From Mobula hypostoma (Eukaryota), in the NCBI RefSeq assembly GCF_963921235.1, contig NC_086105.1, forward strand, positions 41,292,001 through 41,356,000: a stretch of 64,000 nt of DNA, read 5' to 3'. The notes below the pieces were generated by a model. The model made no database searches. It was not told where the DNA came from and saw nothing but the letters and a program-made list of their open reading frames with translations. This document shows positions 39,402-53,105 of this stretch, in pieces. Within the stretch, counting starts at the first letter, position 1; each line of letters opens with the position of its first letter. The position numbers were made by a program, and so were the translations under genes.

Positions 39402-41912
39402 TAGAAACATAGAAACATAGAAAATAGGTGCAGGAGTAGGCCATTCGGCCCTTCGAGCCTGCACCGCCATTTATTATGATCATGGCTGATCATCCAACTC
39501 AGAACCCCGCCCCAGCCTTCCCTCCATACCCCCTGACCCCTGTAGCCACAAGGGCCATATCTAACTCCCTCTTAAATATAGCCAATGAACTGGCCTCAAC
39601 TGTTTCCTGTGGCAGAGAATTCCACAGATTCACCACTCTCTGTGTGAAGAAGTTTTTCCTAATCTCGGTCCTAAAAGGCTTCCCCTCTATTCTCAAACTG
39701 TGGCCCCTCGTTCTGGACTTCCCCAACATCGGGAACAATCTTCCTGCATCTAGCCTGTCCAATCCCTTTAGGATCTTATACGTTTCAATCAGATCCCCCC
39801 TCAATCTTCTGAATTCCAATGAGTACAAGCCCAGTTCATCCAGTCTTTCTTCATATGAAAGTCCTGCCATCCCAGGAATCAATCTGGTGAACCTTCTTTG
39901 TACTCCCTCTATGGCAAGGATGTCTTTCCTCAGATTAGGAGACCAAAACTGCACACAATACTCCAGGTGTTGTCTCACCAAGGCCTTGTACAACTGCAGT
40001 GGTACCTCCCTGCTCCTGTACTCGAATCCTCTCGCTATAAATGCCAGCATACCATTCATCTTTTTCACCGCCTGCTGTACCTGCATGCCCACTTTCAATG
40101 ACTGGTGTATAAGGACACCCAGGTCTCGTTGCACCTCCCCTTTTCCTAATCAACCACCATTCAGATAATAATCTGTTTTCCTATTTTTGCCACCAAAGTG
40201 GATAACTTCACATTTATCCACATTAAATTGCATCTGCCATGAATTTGCCCACTCACCCAACCTATCCAAGTCACCCTGCATCCTCTTAGCATCCTCCTCA
40301 CAGCTGACACTGCCACCCAGCTTCGTGTCATCCGCAAACTTGGAGATGCTGCATTTAATTCCCTCATCCAAGTCATTAATATATATTTTAAACAACTGGG
40401 GTCCCAGCACTGAGCCTTGCGGTACCCCACTAGTCACCGCCTGCCATTCTGAAAAGGTCCCGTTTATTCCCACTCTTTGCTTCCTGTCTGCTAACCAATT
40501 CTCCACCCACACCAATACCTTACCCCCAATACTGTGTGCTTTTAGTTTGCACACTAATCTCCTGTGTGGGACCTTGTCAAAAGCCTTTTGAAAATCCAAA
40601 TATACCACATCCACTGGTTCTCCCCTATCCACTCTACTAGTCACATCCTCAAAAGATTCTATGAGATTCGTCAGACATGATTTTCTTTTCACAAATCCAT
40701 GCTGACTTTGTCCGATCATTTCACCGCTTTCCAAATGTGCTGTTATCACATCCTTGATAACTGACTCCAGCAGTTTCCCCACCACTGACGTTAGGCTAAC
40801 CGGTCTATAATTCCCCGGTTTCTCTCTCCCTCCTTTTTTAAAAAGTGGAGTTACATTAGCCACCCTCCAATCCTCAGGAACTAGTCCAGAATCTAACGAG
40901 TTTTGAAAAATTATCACTAATGCATCCACTATTTCTTGGGCTACTTCCTTAAGCACTCTAGGATGCAGACCATCTGGCCCTGGGGATTTATCTGCCTTCA
41001 ATCCCTTCAATTTACCTAACACCACTTCCCTACTAACATGTATTTCGCTCAGTTCCTCCATCTCACTGGACCCTCTGTCCCCTACTATTTCTGGAAGATT
41101 ATTTATGTCCTCCTTAGTGAAGACAGAACCAAAGTAATTATTCAATTGGTCTGCCATGTCCTTGCTCCCCATAATCAATTCACCTGTTTCTGTCTGCAGG
41201 GGACCTACATTTGTCTTTACCAGTCTTTTCCTTTTTACATATCTATAAAAGCTTTTACAGTCCGTTTTTATGTTCCCTGCCAGTTTTCTCTCATAATCTT
41301 TTTTCCCCATCCTAATTAAGCCCTTTGTCCTCCTCTGCTGAACTCTGAATTTCTCCCAGTCCTCAGGTGAGCCACTTTCTCTGGCTAATTTGTATGCTTC
41401 TTCTTTGGAATTGATACTATCCCTAATTTCTCTTGTCAGCCACGGGTGCACTACCTTCCTTGATTTACTCTTTTGCCAAACTGGGATGAACAATTGTTGT
41501 AGTTCATCCACGCAACCTTTAAATGCTTGCCGTTGCATATCCACCGTCAATCCTTTAAGTGTCATTTGCCAGTCTATCTTAGCTAATTCACGTCTCATAC
41601 CTTCAAAGTTACCCCTCTTTAAGTTCAGAACCTTTGTTTCTGAATTAACTATGTCACTCTCCATCTTAATGAAGAATTCCACCATATTATGGTCACTCTT
41701 ACCCAAGGGGCCTCTCACGACAAGATTGCTAATTAACCCTTCCTCATTGCTCAAAACCCAGTCCAGAATAGCCTGCTCTCTAGTTTGTTCCTCGACATGT
41801 TGGTTCAAAAAACCATCCCGCATACATTCCAAGAAATCCTCTTCCTCAGCACCTTTACCAATTTGGTTCACCCAATCTACATGTAGATTGAAGTCACCCA
41901 TTATAACTGCTA
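39402..41912 (-). mobile_element. Young 5'-truncated CR1 LINE (endonuclease C-terminal part plus RT), single premature stop
   Basis: ORFs 40150-41922 and 39499-40134 are in one frame, separated by CGA>TGA; near-identical to 201-1767. Confidence 0.95.
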
Positions 41913-43512
41913 TATGGATCAAATGCTAGAAGAGTGGAGCTGTCATTATCAAATCTGATCATGTTCACATACAACATAAACTTGTGCATCCTTCTAGCAG
42001 GGATCCCTAGCTGGCTTTGTTTCTCCATTAACTCTTCTTTAAAAGATCTATGCCTAGAAATCTAGTAGTATTTTGATACTGACATCTCCAGATTCTGCAG
42101 ACCTGCAATATTCAGAAAAAAAAATCAAAGCACAATTTAGGAAGGTATTCTGGCATAGTGTGTAAATTTCTTTGCACACCACTAAAGAATAATATGAGAA
42201 TTTTCACTTTAACAGTGATCAACAACTAGCTGGTCACTGGATTAAAAAAGAACCAGATATGATGATTTATTTTTAGAGGCCTCATTTTCAATAAACCCAT
42301 CAGAATCTCAATAACATTTGCAAATTGGGGAAGCAAAATGTCAGTTGTTTTACTAGAAGAACTAAAACAGAGCAACTTGTGCTTTACTTTGGTTTAGAGA
42401 TGTACAGCATGGGAATAGGACATTCAGCCTGCCTCATCCCACTGTCCAACGGGAACCCAGCAATACTAATCTCATTTTCCAGCACTTAGCCTATGATTCA
42501 AGTGCTCAACTATAGATTTCTTAAATGCTGTTAGAAGCCCAACTTCAAACACCCTTTAGTCCAAGTACTCACCAGTCTGGGTGGAAAATGTTCCCATATT
42601 ATCCCCTGTGAATTTCTAAATCTATGTCCTCTTGTCCCTTCTAATTTTCATGTTTCTATATTTCAATAATTTGTGTGATTTCAAAGCAAAATGAGATGGG
42701 ACTGTTCTTTTTTGAGTTCGCACTCTTATTCTTGATTGACCATGTCAGCGTAGCACTGGTGTGGAGCTAAAATCATGTCAGGCTGATGCTAAATATGCAC
42801 TTAATTCATTCCTAATATTTGAAATAAATTCTGGTGTCAACTTGCTATATTTGAAAGTGTTATTGCAATCAGGACACCTTTCATCTGAAGACATGCAATA
42901 ACCATCCAACAAAAGAATTAAGAAATAAAATAGTTATGGATTTATCTTGAGAAACAAAGCAACACATTTCAATGTGATTCTGTAACCTCCCCACCCCTCT
43001 CTCCACCCTAATAGATATACTGCACATTGTAAAATAATACCATTAGCAATTGCTGTGCTTATAATTTGTTCCATCAGCTGTGCTACAAGGTCTCATGGGA
43101 TTTAGTTGCAGCTGGTAGTCTTTGAATAAAGACCCTTTTCTAAAGATGCACACTGTTGAGTCATTGCACCTGTCCACAACAGAAAGTTATGCAGAAAAGA
43201 GAATGACAACAGTGAAATATAATTGCCGAACAATAACAGTCGTGGGAAGTCCAAGGTTAATATTCTGTACTGACACAATTTTAGATCTGTCTGTATCCTG
43301 GGAAAGCCTGTAGTCAAATTGTGGCTACAGGAAAACGTTGCAATGCAAATTTCCAAATTTTGCATTTGCTACTGATCCTGGTTAAAATTTGCCTTGGATA
43401 TTTTTCCATTTTCATATTGCTTTTAAAAGTCAAGATAATCAGATAGCATCAGTGATGCAATCCTCAGTGCACACCATTTCTAGCATTGCTGTGTATAGAA
43501 GCTTTTGGAGTA

Positions 43513-44360
43513 CAGTGGATTCTGGTTAATTAGGACACATTGGGACCAGTACATTTTGGCCCAATTAAGCAGCTGTCCCAATTAGCCAAAGTTTCATGGA
43601 AATAGTTAAGAAGATATTTAAAAAAGACAAAACGTTGTTTAACTGATTAACAAATTATGTAACAAATTATGTATTTAAATGAAGCACAGAACAAATTAAA
43701 ATATTATCAATACTAATACAGTACTATAAAACTGTATATTAGCTTCTAATAGGTGTCAACGGAGGAATTTATCGCTGCTATGTTCTGATTGACTGTAAAT
43801 GAACAAAATCAGTGCAGACACCTAGTGTACTTAATGGACTGCCTTCATACAATGCTTTAAACAATTGCATCCTCCAAATTTTCATTTTCATTGTAACACT
43901 CAAGGTGATTGTTGATACCTTCAAATTCTTTATAATTCTTAACTTGTTGAAGTAATCAAATCATTTCATTCTCACTTCTGGCCATTTCTGGCATCTCCAA
44001 GCCTCGACGCTTGAAACCATAGTGATCAAAATAGTTCTGAATGCTCTTAATGCTTATTTCTTGACAACTATCAGTGAGAAAAATTACTGCTGTTTAAACA
44101 CAAACACATGTAACTCACACTATTTAAAAACTATTTGCTCTAAGCATGCTGTAATGTATAATAGCCACATAAGTGTGTGCGACTGACGCTAATTAGAAAC
44201 TGTTCGGCAGCAGTCTCCTGTCCCACTTAAGCAGCATAGTGTCCCAAATAAATGAAGGAGATCCCGGCTATTTTCTCAGTTAGTTTTTTGTTACTTAAGA
44301 GTTGTCCCAAATAAGTGGCTGCCCCGAATAACTGATGATCCAATTAACCAGGATTCACTG
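43513..44360. mobile_element. Tc1/mariner-superfamily (Tigger/pogo-like) MITE
   Basis: TA|CAGTGGATTCTGGTTAATT ... AATTAACCAGGATTCACTG|TA. Confidence 0.85.
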
Positions 44361-45101
44361 TATTTCAGATTGAATGTTCTTTCATATGGCTGGTCATTTC
44401 AGCATGTCATTTGCAGGTAAAGTTCTCATGATACCATGGAGAATAGTGGAAAACTATTTGAGGACAATCATTAAGTTCATTGGAAGACCAAAGTAACATA
44501 AATTACTATCAATGCAAAGCTTAGTTCTTATCCAGAACAAAGTTTGATTGTATAAGAAACTGCATCGTTCTGCAATTTGCCATTCCCTGTCCCGTGAAAA
44601 CTCCCCTTCTTTCTAATGCACTGATCCTTGATATAGGAAAATATATAGCCTGTATTACAGGGGCTAACTGGTAATTATATTTGGCCTTTGTACCTGGACA
44701 CCACATAACAGAACAAGAATCATCAAACAGCATCATTATCTTTTATCCCTGGAGTGTTAAAAGACAATGAATTATTTATCATGGCTTGTTTGAGGTCTTG
44801 TGCTTTCTACTGAAAATATGGCCTACGGTTTAAAATTATCATTAATAATTTTGTAATCATTAAATTGGAACCAAGTTTTCAGAGAATGCAAGACACTGGA
44901 AACCCCCATTCTTTCAGAATGAATCTCCAACTAACAGAATAAGCACTTGAGTGAAAAAAAATCATTCATCTTATTCAACTACTCTAGCCCATGCTTAGCT
45001 TCTTCAAGCTATGCTCTCTCATTTGTTCACAGCAGTTCCTAAAACCCGATATTCACAATGGAGACATAGTGGTTGACCGGTGAGGGTGAATTTGTAAACT
45101 A

Positions 45102-45117
45102 GCCATTAGAGGGCGCC
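45102..45117 (+). promoter_or_regulatory. Candidate CTCF binding site
   Basis: CCATTAGAGGGCGC, one mismatch to the CCASYAGRKGGCRS core. Confidence 0.45.
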
Positions 45118-45969
45118 TAGTACTGAATATTTGTATGCATCTTTCCACTGTTTGATTATGCGTAGCACAGTCCCACTAAACAGGAGCTGTCAGTACTTCA
45201 TCATATAAGGAGCCCAGTTCTCCATTTTATCTTGTAAATTACAGGCTGACCAGCCTTATAATTTTTTTCCCCATGTCTAAAGTTTTTAAGTGACTTAGCA
45301 ACCCAATTTCACAACTACCACAAATCTGCCTTTCCCGATTAGGTAACAATCAACAGCCTAATTCTGGAGACTGTAAACTTTGCATACCTAGGATAACAAA
45401 TACAAAAGGTAGTGTCACACTGGCATCAGGAATGCTGGCAGAAATTTGAAGTGTGGATATTTGGTTGTATTTAGACTTAAACTAGAAGCTCCAGAAATAT
45501 GTATGATTATTCCATTTAACATGTTGAACTCCTTATTAAAGATGACCAAGGCACAGTTAAGTGCTGTTGTCACTAAACGTCAGTTGAGGTTATTTCTGAC
45601 CAGCATTAGCTGGTCCCTTTAAAATTAGTGAGCTCATGAAGCATGTGCTTTGCAAGCATATATGTAGGTTTATTTAAAAGAGTCAGCACATATGTAAAAG
45701 AAAGCAATCTTGCTGAGCTTGTTTGAGCATGACACATTCTTGGTCATTACCATTCAGGTGTGGTGCTGTTCTTTCCATTATCATCTCTCCCCTTCATAAA
45801 GTTTTGTATTACTTTGAGCAATCATAGAGACGTGCAGCATGGAGGCAGCCATTCAGCCCAATCTGTTCGTGCAGCCCTCTTCTTGATTCGGTTTTATTTT
45901 GCATTTCAAAAAATCGTGTGTTTTTTTTTAATCTTTCTATTTCTTGCCCTTGTGACCCTCTCCTGCAAG

Positions 45970-46215
45970 CTGTGAGACAGAATGCCTATAAAATGGTATC
46001 GGTGTTGCTCCAGCATGGGGCGCTTATTAACCGGCCTTGTGTCAGGCGATGGACAGCGATGCACGAAGCAGCAAAGCAAGGAGAAGACGATATGGTAGCA
46101 TTGTTGCTAAGGAACGATGGGAATATTAATCAGAAAGATGGGTACGGAGTAACTCCTGTTGCCACGGCTGCTGCCTTTGGACACTGCAGTGTTCTGGAGT
46201 ATCTCATTCATAAAG
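45970..46215 (+). CDS. ASB15: ASB15 coding exon 5
   Basis: aag|AVRQNAYKMV...PCVRRWTAMHEAAKQG...LEYLIHK|gtaaca, 246 nt. Confidence 0.95.
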
Positions 46216-46537
46216 GTAACATTAAAAAAAAATCTTCCCCAGTCCAAGGCTAAAGATGAGTGAGGGAAATGGGGCTAGAAATGGGCCAAATGCCTCCTTA
46301 AATGTTGTTCTATCCTCCAAAATCCAGATCTCCTGGTTCAACTCTGCTTTCCTGTCTCATCCCCATATCTCTTGGAGGCTGACTCCAGGTTATGTACAGG
46401 TTCTGTTTTTACGGACATTCATAAGTTGATTTTGTCCATAAGTCAGAAAATAACGATCACTGGATACAACCACCATTACACCAGAGTGTTGTAATGAATT
46501 GTACTGATGAGAGCCAATTAACATCAACATAAATGTA

Positions 46538-49336
46538 ACCAACACACATCAAAGTAGCTGGTGAACGCAGCAGGCCAGACAGCATCTCTAGGAAGAGGTA
46601 CAGTCGACGTTTCAGGCCGAGACCCTTCGTCAGGACTAACTGAAGGAAGAGTTAGTAAGATTTGAAAGTTGGAGGGGGAGGAGGAGATCCAAAATAATAG
46701 GAAAAGACAGGAGGGGGAGGGATGGAGTCAAGAGCTGGACAGATGATTGGCAAAGGGGATATGAGAGGATCATGGGACAGGAGGTCCGGGGAGAAAGACA
46801 AGGGTGGGGGGGAAACCCAGAGGATGGGCAAGGGGTATAGTCAGAGGGACAGACGGAGAAAAAGGAGAATGAGAGAAAGAAAGAATGTGTGTATAAAAAT
46901 AAATAACGGATGGGGTACGAGGGGGAGGTGGGGCAGTAGCGGAAGTTAGAGAAGTCGATGTTCATGCCATCAGGTTGGAGGCTACCCAGACAGAATATAA
47001 GGTGTTGTTCCTCCAACCTGAGTGTGGCTTCATCTTTACAGTAGAGGAGGCCGTGGATAGACGTGTCAGAATGGGAATGGGATGTGGAATTAAAATGTGT
47101 GGCCACTGGGAGATCCTGCTTTCTCTGGCGGACAGAGCGTAGGTGTTCAGCAAAGCAGTCTCCCAGTCTGCGTCGGGTCTCACCAATATATAGAAGGCCA
47201 CATCGGGAGCACCGGACACAGTATATCACCCCAGCCGACTCACAGGTGAAGTGTCGCCTCACCTGGAAGGACTCTCTGGGGCCCTGAATGGTGGTAAGGG
47301 AGGAAGTGTAAGGACATGTGTAGCACTTGTTCCACTTACAAGGATAAGTGCCAGGAGGGAGATCAGTGGGGAGGGATGGGGGGGACGAGTGAACAAGGGA
47401 GTCGCATAGGGAGCGATCCCTGCGGAAAGTGGGAGGGGGAGGGGAGGGAAAGATGTGCTTAGTGGTGGGATCCCGTTGGAGGTGGTGGAAGTTACGGAGA
47501 ATAATATGTTGGACCCGGTGGCTGGTGGGGTGGTAGGTGAGGACCTGGAGAACCCTATTCCTAGTGGGGTGGCGGGAGGATGGAGTGAGAGCAGATGTGC
47601 GTGAAATGGGGGAGATGTGTTTGAGAGCAGAGTTGATGGTGGCGGAAGGGAAACCCCTTTCTTTAAAAAAGGAGGACATCTCCCTCGTCCTGGAATGAAA
47701 AGCCTCATCCTGAGAGCAGATGCGGCGGAGACGGAGGAATTGTGAGAAGGGGATGGCATTTTTGCAAGAGACAGGGTGAGAAGAGGAATAGTCCAGATAG
47801 CTGTGAGAGTCAGTAGTCTTATAGTAGACATCAGTAAATAAGCTGTCTCCAGAGATAGAGACAGAAAGATCTAGAAAGGGGAGGGAGGTGTCGGAAATGG
47901 ACCAGGTAAACTTGAGGGCAGGGTGAAAGTTGGAGGCAAAGTTAATAAAGTCAACGAGCTCAGCATGCGTGCAGGAAGCAGCGCCAATGCAGTCATCGAT
48001 GTAGCGAAGGAAAAGTGGGGGACAGATACCAGAATAGGCACGGAACATAGATTGTTCCACAAAGCCAACAAAAAGGCAGGCATAGCTAGGACCCATACGG
48101 ATGCCCATAGCTACACCTTTAGTTTGGAGGAAGTGGGAGGAACCAAAGGAGAAATTATTAAGAGTAAGGACTAATTCCGCTAAACGGAGCAGATTGGTGG
48201 TAGAGGGGAACTGATTAGGTCTGGAATCCAAAAAGAAGCAGAGAGCTTTGAGACCTTCCTGATGGGGGATGGAAGTATATAGGGACTGGACATCCATGGT
48301 GAAAATAAAGCGGTGGGGGCCAGGGAACTTAAAATCATCGAAAAGTTTAAGAGCGTGAGATGTGTCACGAACATAGGTAGGAAGGGATTGAACAAGGAGG
48401 GATAAAACCGTGTTGAGGTATGCAGAAACGAGTTCGGTGGGGCAGGAGCAAGCTGAGACAATAGGTTTGCCAGGACAGGCAGGTTTGTGGATCTTGGGTC
48501 GGAGGTAGAAATGGGAAGTGCGAGGTGTGGGAACTGTAAAGTTGGTAACAGTGGATGGGAGATCCCCTCAGCGGATAAAGTCGGTGATGGTGTGGGAGAC
48601 AATGGCCTGGTGCTCCTTAGTGGGGTCACGATCGAGGGGTAAATAAGAGGAGGTATCTGTGAGTTGCCGCTGTGCCTCAGCAAGGTAGAGGTCAGTACAC
48701 CAGACTACAACAGCACCCCCCTTATCAGCGGGTTTAATAATAAGGTTAGGATTAGTGCGGAGGGAGTGGAGAGCAGAGCGTTCCAAAGGAGTGAGGTTGG
48801 AATGGGAACAAGGTACGGTGAAGTCGAGACGGTTGATGTCCCGTCGGCAGTTAGCGATAAAGAGATCCAGAGCAGGCAGAAGACCAGAGCGGGGTGTCCA
48901 TGAAGAAGAGGAGGGTTAAAGACGGGAGAAGGGGCCAGAGGTGGGGGTGGAAGTGTCCTTGCTGAAGAAGTAGGCTCGGAGACGGAGACAGCGGAAGAAC
49001 AGTTCCGCATCATGGCGAACACGGAACTCAGTGAGTTGTGGGCGAAGGGGGACAAAGGTGAGGCCCTTACTGAGGACAGAGCGTTCTGCCTCAGACAGTT
49101 GAAGGTCGGAGGGGATGGTAAAGACCCGGCACAGATGAGAGCTGCGATCAGAGGGGGGAGGGGGGAGGCTGGGGGTGTCAGTGGAGAGGGGAGGGTTGGT
49201 GTGAGAGGAAAATGGAGCCTCTGAGTATCCAGGAGCTGACGATGGGATCTGAGGGAGACGGGATTGCAGAGTATTGGTGGGAGAAGGGGAGACAGGAGTC
49301 ACAATAGCAGCACATAAAGACCCAGCCTGGAGTTCA
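46538..49336 (-). mobile_element. Penelope-like element (RT plus GIY-YIG endonuclease), 5'-truncated
   Basis: IKPADKGGAVV, MDVQSLYTSIP, GVAMG..MGPSYA, RYIDD, GVIYCVRC..CGLLYIGET; 12-bp TSD AACATAAATGTA at 46526-46537 and 49337-49348. Confidence 0.95.
46602..46637 (-). ncRNA. Minimal hammerhead ribozyme motif (intact) in the Penelope terminal repeat
   Basis: Identical to 27340-27375. Confidence 0.75.
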
Positions 49337-50013
49337 AACATAAATGTATTGTCTTCTGCTTAGTTACAATGTACAGAATTAGGATATCACACGCTCAGTT
49401 GCTGGTTTTGATGGGCTTGAAGTAGCAGTGCGTGTTATGTTCCTTAATAGAGTATCAATGCACAAGTATCAATATAAGTGATTGCTTGTCAATTTACAAA
49501 GCAGCTCACTTAAGTGGCCTCCTTCAGTGAAACTGGCACTGAACAATGGTTAGGGTATTGTCATTTGAATTTAATAATATTTATGGACCCCTCTCATATG
49601 TATCGAGTGTCTATAAGACATGCATTTGTAACCCAGGGAAGGCTAGTAATTATTTCACATTCCAAATATCTATCAGTATCAGCCTTGAAGATATGACTGA
49701 ACATCAACAGCCTTCACGGGGATGATTTCCAAATCTTTGTTCCAAAGAGCTGACCCCATATCCTGAGATGCTGACCTCAGATCGAGACTCTCCAACTAAA
49801 GGAAACCACTTTGCCAAAATTTCTAAGAATTTTATAGATTTTTTTCTCAGAACTTGTTATTCTCATAGCCTCCAGATAGCAAGGGTACAATCTACTCATT
49901 TTCTCCTGGTAGAAGAAACCAGTTCAATTCAAGCATTTCTCAGCGAGTGAGTGTGTAGGATACATGCCGTTTATCCAGACCATTGATCCTAGTGTGCAAT
50001 GCTTTGCCCACAG

Positions 50014-50185
50014 GAGGTGATATTCATGCCCAAGCAGATGACGGTGCTTCAGTGCTCCTTGAAGCAGCTGAAGGAGGGAACCCAGACTGTATCACAGTGC
50101 TGCTTGAATATGGAGCCAGTCCCAACATACCAGACAATGCAGGTCACCTTCCAATTCACAGAGCAGCACAAGAGGGACATTACTT
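50014..50185 (+). CDS. ASB15: ASB15 coding exon 6
   Basis: [27 protein letters not shown]...HRAAQEGHY|gtgagt, 172 nt. Confidence 0.95.
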
Positions 50186-50724
50186 GTGAGTGGTGAAACA
50201 GTGCATTTACCCAGGTCGTTTTTCCTATTGGAGGTCATCTACTAACTGGTTTTGTTGCATGCAAGTTGAACATTTTCTTGATAGTGTAATGAGAACACCA
50301 CGAGACACTACCGGTTTGGGTGATGGTTCACCTATCTTTGCCATGTACCTTTAAAAGTGCTTTTAGTTGAAGTCTTCCCAAAACCTGTCACCAGCTTGCA
50401 TTTGTGAGAGTGAATCGTTAAGCAGAAGGCAGCTCTGCAGGTTATAATCCTCTGACAGTGGGTGCTGTCAGGTGACATCAGGCAAGGACCTCAGAGAGTA
50501 GGACATGCACAGATCAACATGCACATCTATCACTGATCCTGGTGTAAACATAATCATTTATATCATTCACCAATTTATGTCCACATTACATAGCATATGT
50601 ACAGATTGTATTACAGATCGTTGATTACCTGCAGCAGGCATATCAAAGTACCAACTCCAGTTCCAAAATATCGTCCAAATTCACTGGAAGGTCAAGGAAA
50701 CAAACATCAGCATCCTCTGCCAGG

Positions 50725-51295
50725 TTGACACACGCAACATGCTGGGGAAGCCCTGCAGATCAGGCAGCATCTACTGTATGGAAATGAATAAACAGTCTAC
50801 ATTTCAGGCCAAGACCCTTCATCAGGACTGGAAAAGAAGGAGGAAGAATACAGAATAAGAAGGTGGGGGGTGGAGAAGGAGTACAAACTGGAAGGTGATG
50901 GGTGAAACCAGCTGAGGGGGGAGGTCAGTGGGTGGGGGAGGAGGGATGAAGTGAAAAGCTGGGAGGTGAAGGGGGAGCAGGTAAAGGGCTGAACAAGAGG
51001 AATCTGATAGGAGAGGACATTGGGCCATGGGAGAAAGGAAACAAGGAAAAACACGAAGGAGGTGATAGGAGAGGAGAGCCAGAATGTGGAATGGAAAAGG
51101 GGGGGGGGGGGGGAAATTGCTGAAATTGATTTTCATGCTGTCAGGTTAGAGGCTATCCAGATAGAAGATGAGGTGTTGCTCCTTCAATCTGAGAGTGGTC
51201 TCTTCATGGCAGTAGAGGAGGCCATTGACTGGTGTGTTAGAATGGGAATGGAGAGTGGAATTAAAATGGTTGGTACCAGGAAATCCTGTTGCAAA
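50725..51295 (-). mobile_element. Older Penelope 3' fragment with hammerhead motif at 50793-50830
   Basis: CAGUC-CUGAUGA-AGG..CCU-GAAA-UG-UA-GACUG; GIY-YIG C-terminal remnant. Confidence 0.75.
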
Positions 51296-52469
51296 AATGT
51301 CAACATACCCAGGACCATGGCCCCGGTTATACTCAGTCAGCTGGAACGGTGAGATACCAATAGATTGCAGTTGCTAGAAATCTGAAATCATAGAGAATGC
51401 TGGTAATGCTTAGCAGATCAGGCAGCATATACACAGATAGAAATGTTACAGATTAATGACAACCTTTCATCAGAGTTGACCAGTTCTGATACAAACAGGA
51501 GAGTCTGGTTATCTGATTTTGTTTTGAGTTCCAAGAGTGGTAACAACAGAAGATCATGCTGGGTGTTGTTCAGTCAAAAATGTCAGAACGAAAGTGGGCT
51601 GCTGTATTCAATTGACAGCAAGAGGAAGCTCCGGATTACCCAGGGCTGCTGAATGGGGATGTTCTGCAAAATGATCAATCTATGTTTAGATTTCTACAGT
51701 GTTGAGGAGACCAAGGGCAGATCACTAGACTGGAGAGGGTACAGCTGATTCACTGCTTCATCTGGAAGGAATTCTTGTTTTAGACGTTATCTACATATTG
51801 CAAAGAGAGGAAAATAGGCTATCAACCTCATCCCTTTCATGAAACTCAGTAACCAGGCAGAATCAGATTCAGATTCAGATTCAGATTTATTTGCATTGAA
51901 ACATACAGTGAAACATGTCATTTTCATTAAAAACCAAAGCACCCAAGGATGTGCTGAAAATCCGGTTCCAACATAGCTTGTCCACAATGTTCAGTGGCGC
52001 AACGCAAGCAGCAACAATAACAACAAAATAAAACAACTGCAACAAAACAAGCCCCTTTCCTGAACTCCCACATACCAACTCACACATAGGCTTCCAACCT
52101 GAGGTCAGACCACTACCAGGCCTTCAGTCCCTGGCTCTGGACTCTCAGACTGCAAACATCTGATCCAGGGGCTTCAACCTGATTAGATTTGAGTATCCCT
52201 TTTTATGGATGTTGTATCTCTTTTGATAAAGGTTTTATTTATTGATTACCTTCTTCACTAACAGTGGCATTAGAGTGATGATGGAATGTGTGAGACGCAT
52301 GTTACTAGTGAACAGCAAATTAGTTTTAAATGATCGATGACTGTGCCTTTTATATATCATAGTATGAGAATTCTATTCTTAAAGGAATGGTGGTTATCAT
52401 AAATCCTTCCTGCGAATCCTAACTTCAAAGACATCTATAAATGTGTATTTAACACCATATTATTTGCAG

Positions 52470-53013
52470 GGCCTTGAAGCTTCTTATTCCAGTCACCCGG
52501 AAGTCAGCAATTAAGAGAAGTGGGATAAGTCCAATCCATTTGGCTGCTGACAGTGGCAGTACCCAATGTCTGGAATTACTGCTGGAAAGTGGATTTGATG
52601 TTAATGCAGTTATAAATGAAGAGATAGCTGCAACCTATGATGATAAGCGGAGGACAGCCCTGTTTATTGCTGTATCTAATAACGATATTGCCTGCTCTGA
52701 ACTCCTGCTGAAAGAGGGTGCACTACAAAACCAAGATCCACTCTCCTGCCTCCTTGTCGCAGTGAGAGAAGGGAATCACGAACTTGTACATTTACTTCTA
52801 CATCATGGCGCCAATGTCAACTGCTACTTTACCCTCATTAACGATACTCTCTTTCCTACTGCCATGCAGTATGCTGTAAAAGATGAAATGATGCTGAGAC
52901 TCCTGCTCAATAATGGCTACAATGTATCAATGTGCTTTGACTGCATACACACAGAAGGCCTTGGACGGTTTCGTCTCCATCCTATGATTGAATCAAACTC
53001 CTATATGACCTCA
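52470..53013 (+). CDS. ASB15: ASB15 coding exon 7
   Basis: [26 protein letters not shown]...GANVNCYF...[10 protein letters not shown]...SYMTS|gtaagt, 544 nt. Confidence 0.95.
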
Positions 53014-53105
53014 GTAAGTGACCTGTTTCTGTCTACAGCTTGTGCATTGAATTGACTCTGAAGTATAACAATCATTGGTTGTCAAAGTAATTCAGTAATT
53101 CCTTT

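Noticed and set aside
39398-41919. TGGAT as TSD of the 39.4-41.9 kb CR1
   Set aside because: Only 5 bp and offset from the homology end; may be chance
46504-46520. CTGATGAGAGCC as another hammerhead core
   Set aside because: No matching stem II, GAAA or NUH downstream
46636-46940. Apparent C-terminal extension of the Penelope ORF beyond FSNFR
   Set aside because: Copies at ~24660 and ~29380 have TAA here; this copy has TAC, so it is read-through into the terminal repeat
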